Assembly: GCA_019119265.1 (NCBI GenBank)
Contig: DWXI01000173.1
Coordinates: forward strand, 1 to 63,200
DNA length: 63,200 bases
DNA from: Candidatus Mediterraneibacter intestinigallinarum
GTDB taxonomy: Bacteria; Bacillota; Clostridia; Lachnospirales; Lachnospiraceae
Reading direction: 5' to 3'
Positions 39,271-49,580 of this stretch are shown here, piece after piece. Position 1 is the first letter of the stretch, and every line of letters begins with the position of its first letter. Position numbers and translations under genes: made by a program. Below the pieces are notes generated by a model that did not search any database, was not told where the DNA came from, and saw only the letters and a list, made by a program, of their open reading frames with translations.

Positions 39271-39830
39271 TATATCTGAAATTGTTTTTGAGTTTCCTTC
39301 AGATCGGGCTCTTCAGCTTCGGGGGAGGATATGCGGCTATGCCTCTGATTCAGGGGCAGGTTGTTGCGGAACACGGCTGGCTGAGCATGAAGGAGTTCAC
39401 GGATCTGATTACAATTTCACAGATGACTCCGGGTCCGATCGCTATCAACTCCGCTACTTTTGTAGGAATCAAGATTGCAGGGATACCGGGGGCGGCGGTA
39501 GCTACGCTGGGATGTATCCTGCCTTCCTGTGTCATTGTGACGCTATTGGCCCGTTTGTATTTGAAATATCGTAATATGACAATGCTGCAGGGAATTTTGA
39601 ATTCTCTCAGACCGGCGGTCGTAGCGATGATCGCTTCGGCAGGAATTTCCATTTTGATTACTGCATTCTGGGGAAATGAAGCGGCAGTTATTTTATCAAA
39701 GACAAATTGGATAATGGTGTTTATATTTGCAGGAAGTCTTGTCATGATCCAAAAATACAGGATGAATCCTATCGGTGTTATGGTCCTGGCAGGAGTGGTC
39801 AATACGGTTGTATCCGTGATCGGAGGGTGA
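39267..39830 (+). CDS. Short-chain chromate transporter subunit
   Basis: SFGGGY, SQMTPGPIAINSATFVG, LRPAVV. Confidence 0.92.
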   Translation: MIYLKLFLSFLQIGLFSFGGGYAAMPLIQGQVVAEHGWLSMKEFTDLITISQMTPGPIAINSATFVGIKIAGIPGAAVATLGCILPSCVIVTLLARLYLKYRNMTMLQGILNSLRPAVVAMIASAGISILITAFWGNEAAVILSKTNWIMVFIFAGSLVMIQKYRMNPIGVMVLAGVVNTVVSVIGG

Positions 39831-39835
39831 GAAAG

Positions 39836-40330
39836 ATGAGGTTTGTTGTCAGGTACAGAATAAATCATTACGATATTTACAATGAAAATAAAAAGATGGT
39901 CAGCATGATACAAATGAAAGTGATTTTCGCAAACTGTCTGGATGTATATGATGAAGCCGGAAACAGACGGTATCGGGTCATGCGCGACTGCGGCAAAATT
40001 GTGATAAAGACTGCGAAAGGAGAAAAGATTTGCTGTACGCTCAAATATCCTGTCGATGAGTCAGGGCGCATTATACAGAAGGGGTATGCCCGGCCTCCCA
40101 TGGCGGAAAAAGCCGTTGCAAACACACAATTGGGAGAACTGGTTCTATGTCAGACAAAAAGAAGAGATTTTTTTATTTACCTGAACAACAGAAAAGTCGG
40201 AGAATTGCTTGATATGCTGTCAATATCAAAAAAGATTTTACTCTCGGACGAAATCCCGGAGGCGTTCTGCGGATTGCTCTTCGCTGTCGGATATCTGACC
40301 CTTCATGACGACGATGTCGGGATTGTATGA
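39836..40330 (+). CDS. Hypothetical protein
   Basis: GGAGG RBS, operonic with the chromate genes, AT-rich. Confidence 0.65.
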   Translation: MRFVVRYRINHYDIYNENKKMVSMIQMKVIFANCLDVYDEAGNRRYRVMRDCGKIVIKTAKGEKICCTLKYPVDESGRIIQKGYARPPMAEKAVANTQLGELVLCQTKRRDFFIYLNNRKVGELLDMLSISKKILLSDEIPEAFCGLLFAVGYLTLHDDDVGIV

Positions 40331-40521
40331 AAATCTGATTGTACTTTCCTGATCAAAGGTGAAGTTGTTGATGATTATAGACAGGATGCAAAAATAGTAA
40401 AAAACTATGCAGTGGGGGCATGACAATGCATTCAAACAAAGCATTAGACTTTTTTCCATCCCGGACCTAATATTATCTTAGGCAAAAATCCCAGTATTTT
40501 ACCGGAATGGAGGAATTATCA

Positions 40522-40944
40522 ATGGATACAGAAAAAATGAAACAGGACTTAGGCGGCGGAAACGTATTTGAGGTTGGCGAGCCGAATACAGCGTTTGCGC
40601 AGTATTTTACCGGACAGAGCTATCTGAAAATGCTCACAACAGAAAGAGTCGGAGTCGGCAATGTGACATTTGAGCCGGGTTGCCGTAACAACTGGCACAT
40701 CCATCACAAAGGCGGTCAGATCCTCCTTGTAACAGGCGGACGCGGCTATTACCAGGAGTGGGGTAAAGAGGCTCAGGAGCTGAAAGCCGGAGACGTTGTA
40801 AATATCCCGCCGGAAGTAAAGCACTGGCATGGCGCAGCGCCGGATTCCTGGTTCCAGCATCTTGCCATTGAGGTGCCGGCTGAGGGCGCGTCCAATGAAT
40901 GGCTTGAGGCAATTTCCGATGAAGAATATGGAAAATTAAAATAG
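40522..40944 (+). CDS. Cupin-domain protein
   Basis: FEPGCRNNWHIH, VKHWHGA. Confidence 0.92.
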   Translation: MDTEKMKQDLGGGNVFEVGEPNTAFAQYFTGQSYLKMLTTERVGVGNVTFEPGCRNNWHIHHKGGQILLVTGGRGYYQEWGKEAQELKAGDVVNIPPEVKHWHGAAPDSWFQHLAIEVPAEGASNEWLEAISDEEYGKLK

Positions 40945-40969
40945 CATGCTATGAAAGGGAGTAATAATC

Positions 40970-41719
40970 ATGACAGAAGCAGCAGAAAAATATTTTAACA
41001 GATTTTATCCGGACGGCGAATTTAAACTTGCATCTACAGATCCGGAATTTGCAGAGTTTTTTGCAAACTTTTCATGCGACGAGGTGGTAAATCAGGATGA
41101 CCTTGACGACCGTACAAGAATGATGGCAATTCTGGCTGCATTACTTGGATGTCAGGGAATTGACGAATTCAGGGAGGTGCTTCCGGGAGCCCTGAACCTC
41201 GGGGTGACACCGGTAGAGGTAAAAGAGATTGTCTATCAGGCATGTGCTTATCTCGGGATCGGGAGAGTGCGCCCATTCTTTGACGCGGTCAATGAAGTCC
41301 TGACGAAAAAAGGCGTCGCACTGCCGCTGGAAGGCCAGGCAACTACAACAATAGAGGATCGTGTGGAAAAAGGCGAGCAGGCTCAGGTGGATATTTTCGG
41401 AGACGGCATGAAAGGATTTGCTACATCCGGACCTGAGGAGAGCCGCCACATCAACCGATGGCTGTCCGGCAACTGTTTTGGCGATTATTATACCCGCAAG
41501 GGCCTGGATTACGGACAGAGAGAAATGATCACGTTCTGCTTCCTTGCAGCACAGGGCGGATGCGAACCACAGCTTACTTCCCACGCGGCAGGCAATATGA
41601 AAGCAGGAAACGATAAGGCATTTCTGATCAAGATTATTTCACAGTGCCTGCCTTATATCGGTTATCCGAGGAGCCTAAATGCACTCAGATGTGTGAATGA
41701 GGCGGCAGCTCAGTTATAA
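40970..41719 (+). CDS. Carboxymuconolactone decarboxylase family (tandem domains)
   Basis: LDDRTR, EIVYQA.AYLG, FGDYYTR.GL, PYIGYPR.LNA. Confidence 0.92.
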   Translation: MTEAAEKYFNRFYPDGEFKLASTDPEFAEFFANFSCDEVVNQDDLDDRTRMMAILAALLGCQGIDEFREVLPGALNLGVTPVEVKEIVYQACAYLGIGRVRPFFDAVNEVLTKKGVALPLEGQATTTIEDRVEKGEQAQVDIFGDGMKGFATSGPEESRHINRWLSGNCFGDYYTRKGLDYGQREMITFCFLAAQGGCEPQLTSHAAGNMKAGNDKAFLIKIISQCLPYIGYPRSLNALRCVNEAAAQL

Positions 41720-41733
41720 CAGCATACAGATAG

Positions 41734-41788
41734 AAAACACCTTCTACACAGAAAATCGTGATCTTCTGTAAACAGAAGGTGTTTTTTT
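41734..41788 (+). terminator. Intrinsic terminator
   Basis: AAAACACCTTCT / AGAAGGTGTTTT plus T run. Confidence 0.7.
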
Positions 41789-41936
41789 CGTTATATATGT
41801 GTAAAGAATGAGTTTTTCTTAGGATTTCTCACTGGATATTGAATGTGTGATGATGTTATAATAACTTTAACGGTTCACTTGATTAAAGAACTGTGTAGTT
41901 TTATAAAAGCAAGGAGTCATCCGGAAAGGAAGTATT

Positions 41937-43358
41937 ATGAGAAAGACAAAGATCATCTGTACACTCGGACCTGCCACTGACAGGGATGGGATTCTTGAAG
42001 CGCTCATCAGAGAGGGCATGAATGTGGCGCGTTTTAATTTTTCACACGGCACCCACGAAGAACAGAAGGTGCGTCTGGAAAAGCTGAAAACACTGCGCAA
42101 ACAGTTTGACAAGCCTATTGCGGCGCTTCTCGATACGAAAGGACCGGAAGTGCGCATCGGATGTTTCAAGGATAAGAAGATCACACTGGAAGAAGGTCAG
42201 GAGTTTACTCTTGTAAATGATGAAGTTGACGGAACGCAGGAGCAGGTTACGATCAGCTACAAAGATCTCTATAAGGACGTGAAGCCTGGTGATTCTATCC
42301 TGATCGACGACGGACTGGTCGGTATGGAAGTCGTAAATATCGTGGACAAGGATATTGTCTGTATCGTAAAGAACGGCGGAGACATTTCGGATCACAAGGG
42401 AGTCAATGTGCCGGGCGTGGAACTGAAGATGCCGTTTATCAGTCCGAAAGACAGGGATGATCTTATGTTTGGAATACAGGAAGATTTTGATTTTGTGGCC
42501 GCTTCATTTACAAGAACGGCCAGGGATATCCGGGAGATGAGACAACTTCTCAATGATAACGGCGGTCAGAATATCCATATTATTGCCAAAATAGAAAACC
42601 AGCAGGGGGTAGACAATATTGATGCGATTATAGAGGAAGCAGATGGCATTATGATCGCCAGAGGCGACATGGGAGTGGAAATTCCGCTTGAACATGTGCC
42701 GATTATTCAGCAGAGAATCATTGAGAAAGTCTATGAGGCCGGAAAGGTCGTTATTACTGCTACGCAGATGCTGGACTCTATGATGATTCATCCACGTCCG
42801 ACCCGTGCGGAGACGACGGATGTGGCAAATGCAATTGCTCAGGGAACAAGTGCGATTATGTTGTCCGGAGAAACCGCAGCCGGTAAATATCCGGTAGAAG
42901 CTTTGAAGATGATGGTGAAGATAGCGGTTCATATGGAACGCAATATTGATTATAACAGAATTTTCCGCAGAAGAGAACGAAGTGAAGATCCGGATATCAC
43001 CAATGCAATTTCCCATGCAACATGTATGACCGCTATCGATCTGAAAGCAAATGCGATCCTTGCGGTCAGCAAGACGGGAAATACAGCGAGGATGATTTCC
43101 AAGTATCGTCCGGAATGTCTGATCGCAGGATGTTCCAGTTCAGAAAAAGTATGCAGACAGTTGAATCTGTCCTGGGGCATCCTGCCTCTGCAGATCAGAG
43201 AAGAGTACAGCTCGGAAATCCTCTGCCTGCGTGCCATCGAAGCAGCACAGGCACACGGTATCGTGGAAGAGGGAGACAAGATCGTATTTACGGGCGGAAT
43301 TCCGCTTGGTATCCCGGGCCGGACAAATCTGATCCGCGTGTGCATTGTAGGAGAATAA
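41937..43358 (+). CDS. pyk: Pyruvate kinase
   Basis: TKIICTLGPA, ARFNFSHG, DTKGPE, IIAKIEN, ARGDMGVE, ATQMLDSM, MLSGETA. Confidence 0.97.
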   Translation: MRKTKIICTLGPATDRDGILEALIREGMNVARFNFSHGTHEEQKVRLEKLKTLRKQFDKPIAALLDTKGPEVRIGCFKDKKITLEEGQEFTLVNDEVDGTQEQVTISYKDLYKDVKPGDSILIDDGLVGMEVVNIVDKDIVCIVKNGGDISDHKGVNVPGVELKMPFISPKDRDDLMFGIQEDFDFVAASFTRTARDIREMRQLLNDNGGQNIHIIAKIENQQGVDNIDAIIEEADGIMIARGDMGVEIPLEHVPIIQQRIIEKVYEAGKVVITATQMLDSMMIHPRPTRAETTDVANAIAQGTSAIMLSGETAAGKYPVEALKMMVKIAVHMERNIDYNRIFRRRERSEDPDITNAISHATCMTAIDLKANAILAVSKTGNTARMISKYRPECLIAGCSSSEKVCRQLNLSWGILPLQIREEYSSEILCLRAIEAAQAHGIVEEGDKIVFTGGIPLGIPGRTNLIRVCIVGE

Positions 43359-43407
43359 AAATCCGATATCATTTTTTTGTGTCAGCAGCAATCAGCTGCG
43401 CCAGTAT

Positions 43408-43680
43408 CTATACAAGTGACATCCCGATGATAGCCACAGCGCCGACGGCGTACATCAAGGTGATCACAAGGCAGATCTTCATTAAATTATTTTTCACACC
43501 TGCTGTCGTATATGACAGCAGGGTGAAGATACCGCTGAAGATCATAAACGCTGCATAACTGTATACGATGATTTCAGCTGCGGGGGATTCCAGCGCCCAG
43601 TCAAATGTGCGCAGAGGCAGGATCGTCCAAGGAATAAAGATCATAAGTGTGCTGACAGCGGTTAATATTTTCTCTTTCAT
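43408..43680 (-). CDS. Small 3-TM hypothetical protein
   Basis: AAGGAG RBS, last gene of the ABC operon. Confidence 0.75.
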   Translation of the reverse strand: MKEKILTAVSTLMIFIPWTILPLRTFDWALESPAAEIIVYSYAAFMIFSGIFTLLSYTTAGVKNNLMKICLVITLMYAVGAVAIIGMSLV

Positions 43681-43687
43681 AATTCTA

Positions 43688-44458
43688 TTATCTCCTTTCA
43701 GCCCGCCCGAAATACAGGCAGGAAATCAGTAAACAGATCAGTGAGATGAGGGCGGCAACGGGAATCCATGGGATTAGATCCAGCGAGCTCTTCCCGATGT
43801 TTTCCGCCACTTCCCCGTACTCTGACATGATAAGATAGAACGGGTATCCCATTGGATAGAGGAACCATACCTCCGTATTGTTGATGAGTACGCTCGACAC
43901 GATCGAGACAAGTCCCACGCCCACGGAAAATATGGGGGTGGATATGCACACGGCGATCAGCCAGAACACAGTCAGCATAGGAAGAGAAGCAAGATACAGC
44001 TTTCCGGCAAAAGGAAGTACATAGCCCGGGGCAAGGATGAAGCTGTAGTCATTCAGCGCTCCCGCGGCGGCTGCGGCGATATAATATCCGGCAGTCATAA
44101 ACAGGATAAATGCTGCTGCGGTCACTGCCAGGACAATGAATTTGGCAAAACACAAAAGAGGCGTACTGACCGGCAGGGCGAGCATTTTGAGGATGCCGTG
44201 ATTAGTTCGTTCTGTCTGGACGAGAATAACGGTGGTGACGACCATGACTGCAGGATAGATAAACCACGTCATCCCCATAAATCCCTGGATGAAGAAGCTG
44301 TTTTCCGGCGAGATACCTATATCATTCATATCGAAATTCAGATCCGCGTTCAGAATGTTCGGTAACCACAGGATGACCGTGGCAGCGATCAGGATCAGCA
44401 GGATCTTTGAACGCTTTATCTTTTTAAATTCAACTAATGCTAATGTAAAAATATTCAT
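43688..44458 (-). CDS. ABC-2 permease (lantibiotic immunity LanE/G-like)
   Basis: EFKKIKRS, TER.N.G..K.LALP, about 6 TM helices. Confidence 0.85.
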   Translation of the reverse strand: MNIFTLALVEFKKIKRSKILLILIAATVILWLPNILNADLNFDMNDIGISPENSFFIQGFMGMTWFIYPAVMVVTTVILVQTERTNHGILKMLALPVSTPLLCFAKFIVLAVTAAAFILFMTAGYYIAAAAAGALNDYSFILAPGYVLPFAGKLYLASLPMLTVFWLIAVCISTPIFSVGVGLVSIVSSVLINNTEVWFLYPMGYPFYLIMSEYGEVAENIGKSSLDLIPWIPVAALISLICLLISCLYFGRAERR

Positions 44459-45177
44459 GCAAACAACCTCCTGACTTTTAAGTAAATAAACTCTGCGGCA
44501 CATGCGATGCCAGTCTCGCACACGGCGGCAATACAGTAATGGATCACCCGCGTTGTCTCCATGCCCGGTAATATCTGAAATGGCAGGACGTACGGGAACA
44601 AAGAGAAAATAAAATTATCCGTGGGGAGCATGGTCGCCGTAAAGATACATAATACTCCGATTCCGAGCGTGGTCCACATGTTCCGGCATGCCGATGAGAT
44701 TACGAGAGCAATTATGGCTGCCGGAAGCGTGAGGAGCAGTGTAAATCCGAGAGTCTGCAGCATTTCGATAAGTTCTTCTTTTCCGGCGTCCAGCCAGTGC
44801 CATCCGCAGAAACACAGAGAAGCAGCCTCGAAGAGGAACATCACAAGCACAAACGGAAGGAGAATCCCGCATTTTCCGGTAAAAAGTCCTGACTCCCGGA
44901 CAGGGAGAGACTGCATCTTCTGAAGCCCGTTATCCGCATATTCAATGTGGTACAGAATGCAGGCTCCGGCTGTGACGAGCAGGAGATTCAGCATGGAGAT
45001 CAATTGCAGATTGGCGTCCGTGAGGACTGCGGCAGGCGAACCCGCCATAGAGGTAAAGGTATCCGGACGTGCGGCTGTATTAATGACCGGCAGTGCCGCC
45101 GCTATGATGCTGCCTGCGATAAATGCAGCCGTCAGACCGGTCCGTCTGATCTTCTTACATTCTAATCGGAAACTCAT
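44455..45177 (-). CDS. ABC-2 permease (lantibiotic immunity LanE/G-like)
   Basis: ECKKIRRT, EYADNG.QK..SLP. Confidence 0.85.
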   Translation of the reverse strand: MSFRLECKKIRRTGLTAAFIAGSIIAAALPVINTAARPDTFTSMAGSPAAVLTDANLQLISMLNLLLVTAGACILYHIEYADNGLQKMQSLPVRESGLFTGKCGILLPFVLVMFLFEAASLCFCGWHWLDAGKEELIEMLQTLGFTLLLTLPAAIIALVISSACRNMWTTLGIGVLCIFTATMLPTDNFIFSLFPYVLPFQILPGMETTRVIHYCIAAVCETGIACAAEFIYLKVRRLFA

Positions 45178-45929
45178 TTCGCACCACCCCGCCTTATATT
45201 GTCTTCCTCGATCAGCGCGAGGAACATATCCTCCAGATTATCGTCGGGATAACCCTCAAAAGCTGCTTTTTCTTTCAACTCTTCCAGCGTTCCCTCAAAG
45301 AGCAGATGTCCGTGGTTTAATACGCCGATGTGGTCTGCCATCAGCTCGATCTCCGAGAGAAGATGTGAAGAGACGAACACCGTACAGTCAAATTTGTCCG
45401 GCAGGGAGCGGATCAGCGTACGGATCTCATGGATGCCCACCGGATCCAATCCATTTGTAGGTTCGTCGAGGATCAGGATAGGCGGCCTGCCGAGAAGGGC
45501 TCCCGCAAGTCCGAGCCGCTGCTTCATGCCCAGAGAATATTTACGGGCAAGGCGTTTCTTATAAGGGGTGAGATCTACGAGCTCCAATGCGTCGTCCACA
45601 GTGGATTTCGGCAGTTTTAAGATCCGGCGGATAATGTCAAGATTTTCCTCTCCGGTAAGGTTCCCGTAGAAAGCGGGAGCCTCGATAAAAGAACCGATCT
45701 CCCGCAGGATTTTCACGCGGTTGTGGGGATAGCTCATTTTGTCGATGACAAATGCGCCGCTGCTCGGGCGAGTGAGCCCGAGGAACATTTTCATGGTCGT
45801 TGACTTCCCTGCGCCGTTCGGTCCGACGAAGCCGTACACAGATCCTTTCGGAACGTGCAGGTTCAGGTTTGAGACTGCGGTAAAGTCATTGTAGGATTTG
45901 GTCAGGTTTCTTGTCTGGATTATATTCAT
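45174..45929 (-). CDS. ABC ATP-binding protein (LanF/BcrA-like)
   Basis: GPNGAGKST, E-loop IEAP, YSLGMKQRLG, LDEPTNGLDP. Confidence 0.93.
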   Translation of the reverse strand: MNIIQTRNLTKSYNDFTAVSNLNLHVPKGSVYGFVGPNGAGKSTTMKMFLGLTRPSSGAFVIDKMSYPHNRVKILREIGSFIEAPAFYGNLTGEENLDIIRRILKLPKSTVDDALELVDLTPYKKRLARKYSLGMKQRLGLAGALLGRPPILILDEPTNGLDPVGIHEIRTLIRSLPDKFDCTVFVSSHLLSEIELMADHIGVLNHGHLLFEGTLEELKEKAAFEGYPDDNLEDMFLALIEEDNIRRGGAK

Positions 45930-45977
45930 ATCACACATCTCCTTTTGATTTTCTGTATCTTTATCATAAACGGCGAA

Positions 45978-46018
45978 CCTTACATCTATCTTCTCCCTGC
46001 CTTACATTTACCTTACAT
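45978..46018 (-). promoter_or_regulatory. Response-regulator binding repeats
   Basis: CCTTACAT at 45978, 46000 and 46011 (22- and 11-bp spacing). Confidence 0.7.
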
Positions 46019-46155
46019 TTGCTGCACAGGATACAAAATGCGAGACCGCTGTGCTACAATATCTCTGGCAGCGGATCTGTGCCGCGGCCTGAAAACGGCG
46101 AGATCCTGTACAGGGAAATACTGATGCTGGGATGCTTTGCCGGAAAAGGAGGAAA

Positions 46156-46866
46156 ATGTCTATGCTATCAGATTATATAAAGAGGAAGCGGATCCTGCTC
46201 GTGGACGATGAGCCGGAGCTGCTGGATATGGTCGTATCTATATTAAAAGAAGACGGGTATGAGGACATCCGGACTGCACAGAGTGTGGCAGAAGCGTTGA
46301 AGGCGGCGGATGAATTTGAACCTGAGATGGCTGTTCTCGATGTAATGCTCCCGGACGGTGACGGCTTCGGCCTGATGGAAAAGTTGAAAGAAAAGGGCGA
46401 TTATCCTGTACTTTTCCTGACTGCACGGGGAGAAGACGAGGACAAATTCAGAGGCTTCGGCCTGGGTGCGGACGACTATATGGTAAAGCCATTCCTGCCA
46501 AAGGAGCTGCTCTTCCGCATCGCAGCGATCCTACGCAGGAGCTATAAAGATGAAGATCCACTTGTGAAATTGAGCGGCTGCGAGATCGACCTGGAACGGG
46601 CGGAAGTGATAAAAGGGGGAGAACGCATTCCTCTCACCGCGAAGGAATATGAACTTCTCTCAGCGCTGTACCGTAATGCAGGGCGTATTGTGACGATTGA
46701 TACTCTCTGCGAGGCAGCATGGGGAGACAACCCGTACGGATATGAGAATTCTCTCATGGCGCATATCCGGCGCATCCGGGAGAAAATAGAGGAAAATCCA
46801 TCGAAGCCGGTCTCACTGGTGACAGTCAAGGGGCTGGGATATAAGTTGATGGTAGAAAGGAAATGA
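46156..46866 (+). CDS. OmpR-family response regulator
   Basis: LVDDE, LDVMLP, GADDYMVKPF, TVKGLGYKL. Confidence 0.93.
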   Translation: MSMLSDYIKRKRILLVDDEPELLDMVVSILKEDGYEDIRTAQSVAEALKAADEFEPEMAVLDVMLPDGDGFGLMEKLKEKGDYPVLFLTARGEDEDKFRGFGLGADDYMVKPFLPKELLFRIAAILRRSYKDEDPLVKLSGCEIDLERAEVIKGGERIPLTAKEYELLSALYRNAGRIVTIDTLCEAAWGDNPYGYENSLMAHIRRIREKIEENPSKPVSLVTVKGLGYKLMVERK

Positions 46867-46872
46867 CAGACA

Positions 46873-48294
46873 ATGAAAAGCATTCCTAAATTGATCCGGA
46901 GATTTGTCCTGATCCTGCTTCTGAGTATTTTTCTCTTTCTGGCGCTCAATATCGGTTTCCTTATCTCCTATACGGTTGGACACTCTACGAACGGAAGACC
47001 ATGGACAACCGCACAGGATGCGGCGGAAGCTATGGCAGCGACAGAAGAAGGATATACTCTGCCGGAGGAGATGCAGGCAGAGCTTGAAAGCGAAAATATC
47101 TGGGCAGTCTATATAGATAACACCACGTTAAAGGCGCTGTGGCACTCGGATAATCTGCCGGATACAGTGCCGCTCGAATATACTGCATCGGAGATTGCGT
47201 CGCTCACCCGGGGATATATTGACGACTGCCCCACATTTACCGGAACAGGAGAAGAAGGGCTGATGATTCTGGGATATCCGCAGAAGAGCTACTGGAAACA
47301 TATGTACGCGAGCTGGGATTTCCAGATGATCGAGAGCGCTCCGAGGATACTGCTTACGGTTTTTGCGGCAAATATTGTGCTTGTGCTTTTAATCTATATC
47401 GGGGTGAATTCCGGACTGCTGCGCTCGGTGCGTCCGATCGTGGAGGGCATCCGGAAGCTGCCGGAAGGCGAAACGGTCAGATTAAAAGAAAAAGGAATAC
47501 TCTCAGAGCTGGCATTTCATTTGAATAAGACTTCGGAAATGCTTCAGTCGCAGAAATATCAGCTCAGAAAGAAAGACGCCGCCCGGGCCAACTGGATCGC
47601 CGGTGTATCCCATGATATCCGCACGCCTCTGTCCATGGTCATGGGGTATGCGGCGCAGCTCGAGGATTCCGGATATCTGCGGGAAGAGGACCGAAAGAAA
47701 GCTTCCGCGATCGTCCGCCAGAGCCGCAGGATGAAGAACCTCATCAATGACCTGAACTTGGCATCAAAGATGGAATACAATATGCAGCCTATTGTCAGGG
47801 AAGAAATCAATGCAGTTGCCCTTGTCCGGCAGGTGGCAGTGGATTTCATAAATATGGACGTGGACGGAAGATATCCCATAGAGTGGGAGACGGACGAGGA
47901 ACTTGCCGTCTGCCGGATCTGTGCAGATAAAGAACTCATAAAGCGGGCGGTTTCGAATTTGATCCAGAACAGTATGAACCATAATGAGGACGGATGTACT
48001 GTTTATGTAGCAGTGGAGGAAATAAAAGGATACTGTGTGATCTCAGTGGAGGATAACGGGGCAGGCGCTTCTGAAGAAGAAATTGAAAGATTGAACCATG
48101 CGCCGCACTATATGGTGTGCGATACAAATACAAGGGAGCAGCGCCACGGGCTGGGGCTTTTGATCGTAAAGCAGATCGCAGAGTCACATGGAGGAAAGGC
48201 GGAGATTGGAAAAAGCGGACATGGGGGATTCGGAGTGAAGATTGTGCTGCCGCTTGCTGCGGGAAGCAGAGCGTGTAGACAAATAGAATATTGA
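46873..48294 (+). CDS. Sensor histidine kinase
   Basis: Two TM helices, SHDIRTPL, NLIQNS..H, DNGAG, HGLGL. Confidence 0.93.
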   Translation: MKSIPKLIRRFVLILLLSIFLFLALNIGFLISYTVGHSTNGRPWTTAQDAAEAMAATEEGYTLPEEMQAELESENIWAVYIDNTTLKALWHSDNLPDTVPLEYTASEIASLTRGYIDDCPTFTGTGEEGLMILGYPQKSYWKHMYASWDFQMIESAPRILLTVFAANIVLVLLIYIGVNSGLLRSVRPIVEGIRKLPEGETVRLKEKGILSELAFHLNKTSEMLQSQKYQLRKKDAARANWIAGVSHDIRTPLSMVMGYAAQLEDSGYLREEDRKKASAIVRQSRRMKNLINDLNLASKMEYNMQPIVREEINAVALVRQVAVDFINMDVDGRYPIEWETDEELAVCRICADKELIKRAVSNLIQNSMNHNEDGCTVYVAVEEIKGYCVISVEDNGAGASEEEIERLNHAPHYMVCDTNTREQRHGLGLLIVKQIAESHGGKAEIGKSGHGGFGVKIVLPLAAGSRACRQIEY

Positions 48295-48577
48295 AAATTA
48301 GAATAGATATTTATATTCAATGGTGGTATCATAAAATAGAAAGATATCTGCAAAGAACGAATGATGCTTATGGCATTGTCACAGTTTTACGTGTGTTACA
48401 AGATGGAATGGATTGGCAGAATATTATTAAACGGTTTTTTAGTAAACATTTGTGATTAGAATTGTAGTTAAAAAGAAAGACTGAAACAAGCAGTGATATT
48501 CTATACAAGAGAGTAACACTGCTTGTTTAATTAATAATTTTCTGCTTTCAAGTTTTAGATAAAAGGAGCCTTATATT

Positions 48578-49522
48578 ATGGACAACCTGATTTTCAGCCT
48601 GAATGCTACAGTTCCCATCTTTCTTCTGATGGTACTGGGATTCATATTAAACAAACTCGGTCTGATCGATGATGTTTTTGCATCAAAGATGAACAAATTC
48701 GTGTTCCTCGTTCCACTGCCGGTCCTGTTGTTTGAGGATCTCTCGACAGTGGATTTCTCTCAGGTATGGAACCTGAAATTTGTCCTGTTCTGTTTTGCTG
48801 TTACGCTGATATCTATTATTATTGCGGCTTTGGCGTCCTTCTTATGGAGAGATAAGAGTATACAGGGAGAATTTATTCAGGCGTCGTACCGCAGCAGCGC
48901 CGCACTCCTGGGTATTGCGTTTATCCAGAATATATACGGGAATGCAGGGATGGCTCCTCTTATGATAATCGGCAGCGTGCCTCTGTATAATGTCATGGCG
49001 GTTGTTGTGCTTTCATTTTTTAAGCCGGAGAGAAAGAAGCTGGATAAAGAAGTGTGGATAACGACTCTCAAAGGAATTGTTACAAATCCGATTATCCTCG
49101 GTATCGTGGCAGGGCTTGTATGGTCGGCCATGAGGCTTCCTATGCCATCTATCCTGGAGAAGACGGTGTCGGATATAGGGGCGACGGCTACTCCGCTTGG
49201 ACTGATGGCTATGGGCGCAAGTTTTGATCTGAAGAAAGCGTTTGGAAAGGCCAAGCCCGCGGTAACTGCGTCTGTTATGAAGCTGGTACTTTTTGCGGCC
49301 TTGTTTCTTCCTCTCGCTGTGTGGATGGGATTCCGAAAAGAAGAACTGGTGGCAATCCTTGTTATGCTTAGTTCGGCGACGACAGTAAGCTGCTATGTAA
49401 TGGCGAGGAATATGGGCCATGAAGGAGTGTTGACTTCAAGTGTGGTCATGTTGACGACACTTTTCAGTGCGTTTACATTGACGGGCTGGCTGTACATACT
49501 GCGGAGTATGGGAATGGTTTAA
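48578..49522 (+). CDS. AEC-family (auxin efflux carrier) transporter
   Basis: P.FLLM.LG, NKFVF.V.LP.LLF, NPIILG, TPLGL..MG. Confidence 0.9.
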   Translation: MDNLIFSLNATVPIFLLMVLGFILNKLGLIDDVFASKMNKFVFLVPLPVLLFEDLSTVDFSQVWNLKFVLFCFAVTLISIIIAALASFLWRDKSIQGEFIQASYRSSAALLGIAFIQNIYGNAGMAPLMIIGSVPLYNVMAVVVLSFFKPERKKLDKEVWITTLKGIVTNPIILGIVAGLVWSAMRLPMPSILEKTVSDIGATATPLGLMAMGASFDLKKAFGKAKPAVTASVMKLVLFAALFLPLAVWMGFRKEELVAILVMLSSATTVSCYVMARNMGHEGVLTSSVVMLTTLFSAFTLTGWLYILRSMGMV

Positions 49523-49578
49523 AAATGGAAACGGGGACGTAGTAAAACCGGGTTTTACTACGTCCCATTTCCATTTTT
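49521..49578. repeat. REP-like palindrome, copy 2 (extended stem)
   Basis: Core GGGACGTAGTAAAA/TTTTACTACGTCCC with AAAAATGGAAA/TTTCCATTTTT flanks, between convergent genes. Confidence 0.85.
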
Positions 49579-49580
49579 GG

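Noticed and set aside
43408-45929. Lantibiotic biosynthetic cluster
   Set aside because: Only immunity-type ABC and TCS genes are present, with no precursor or modification enzymes.
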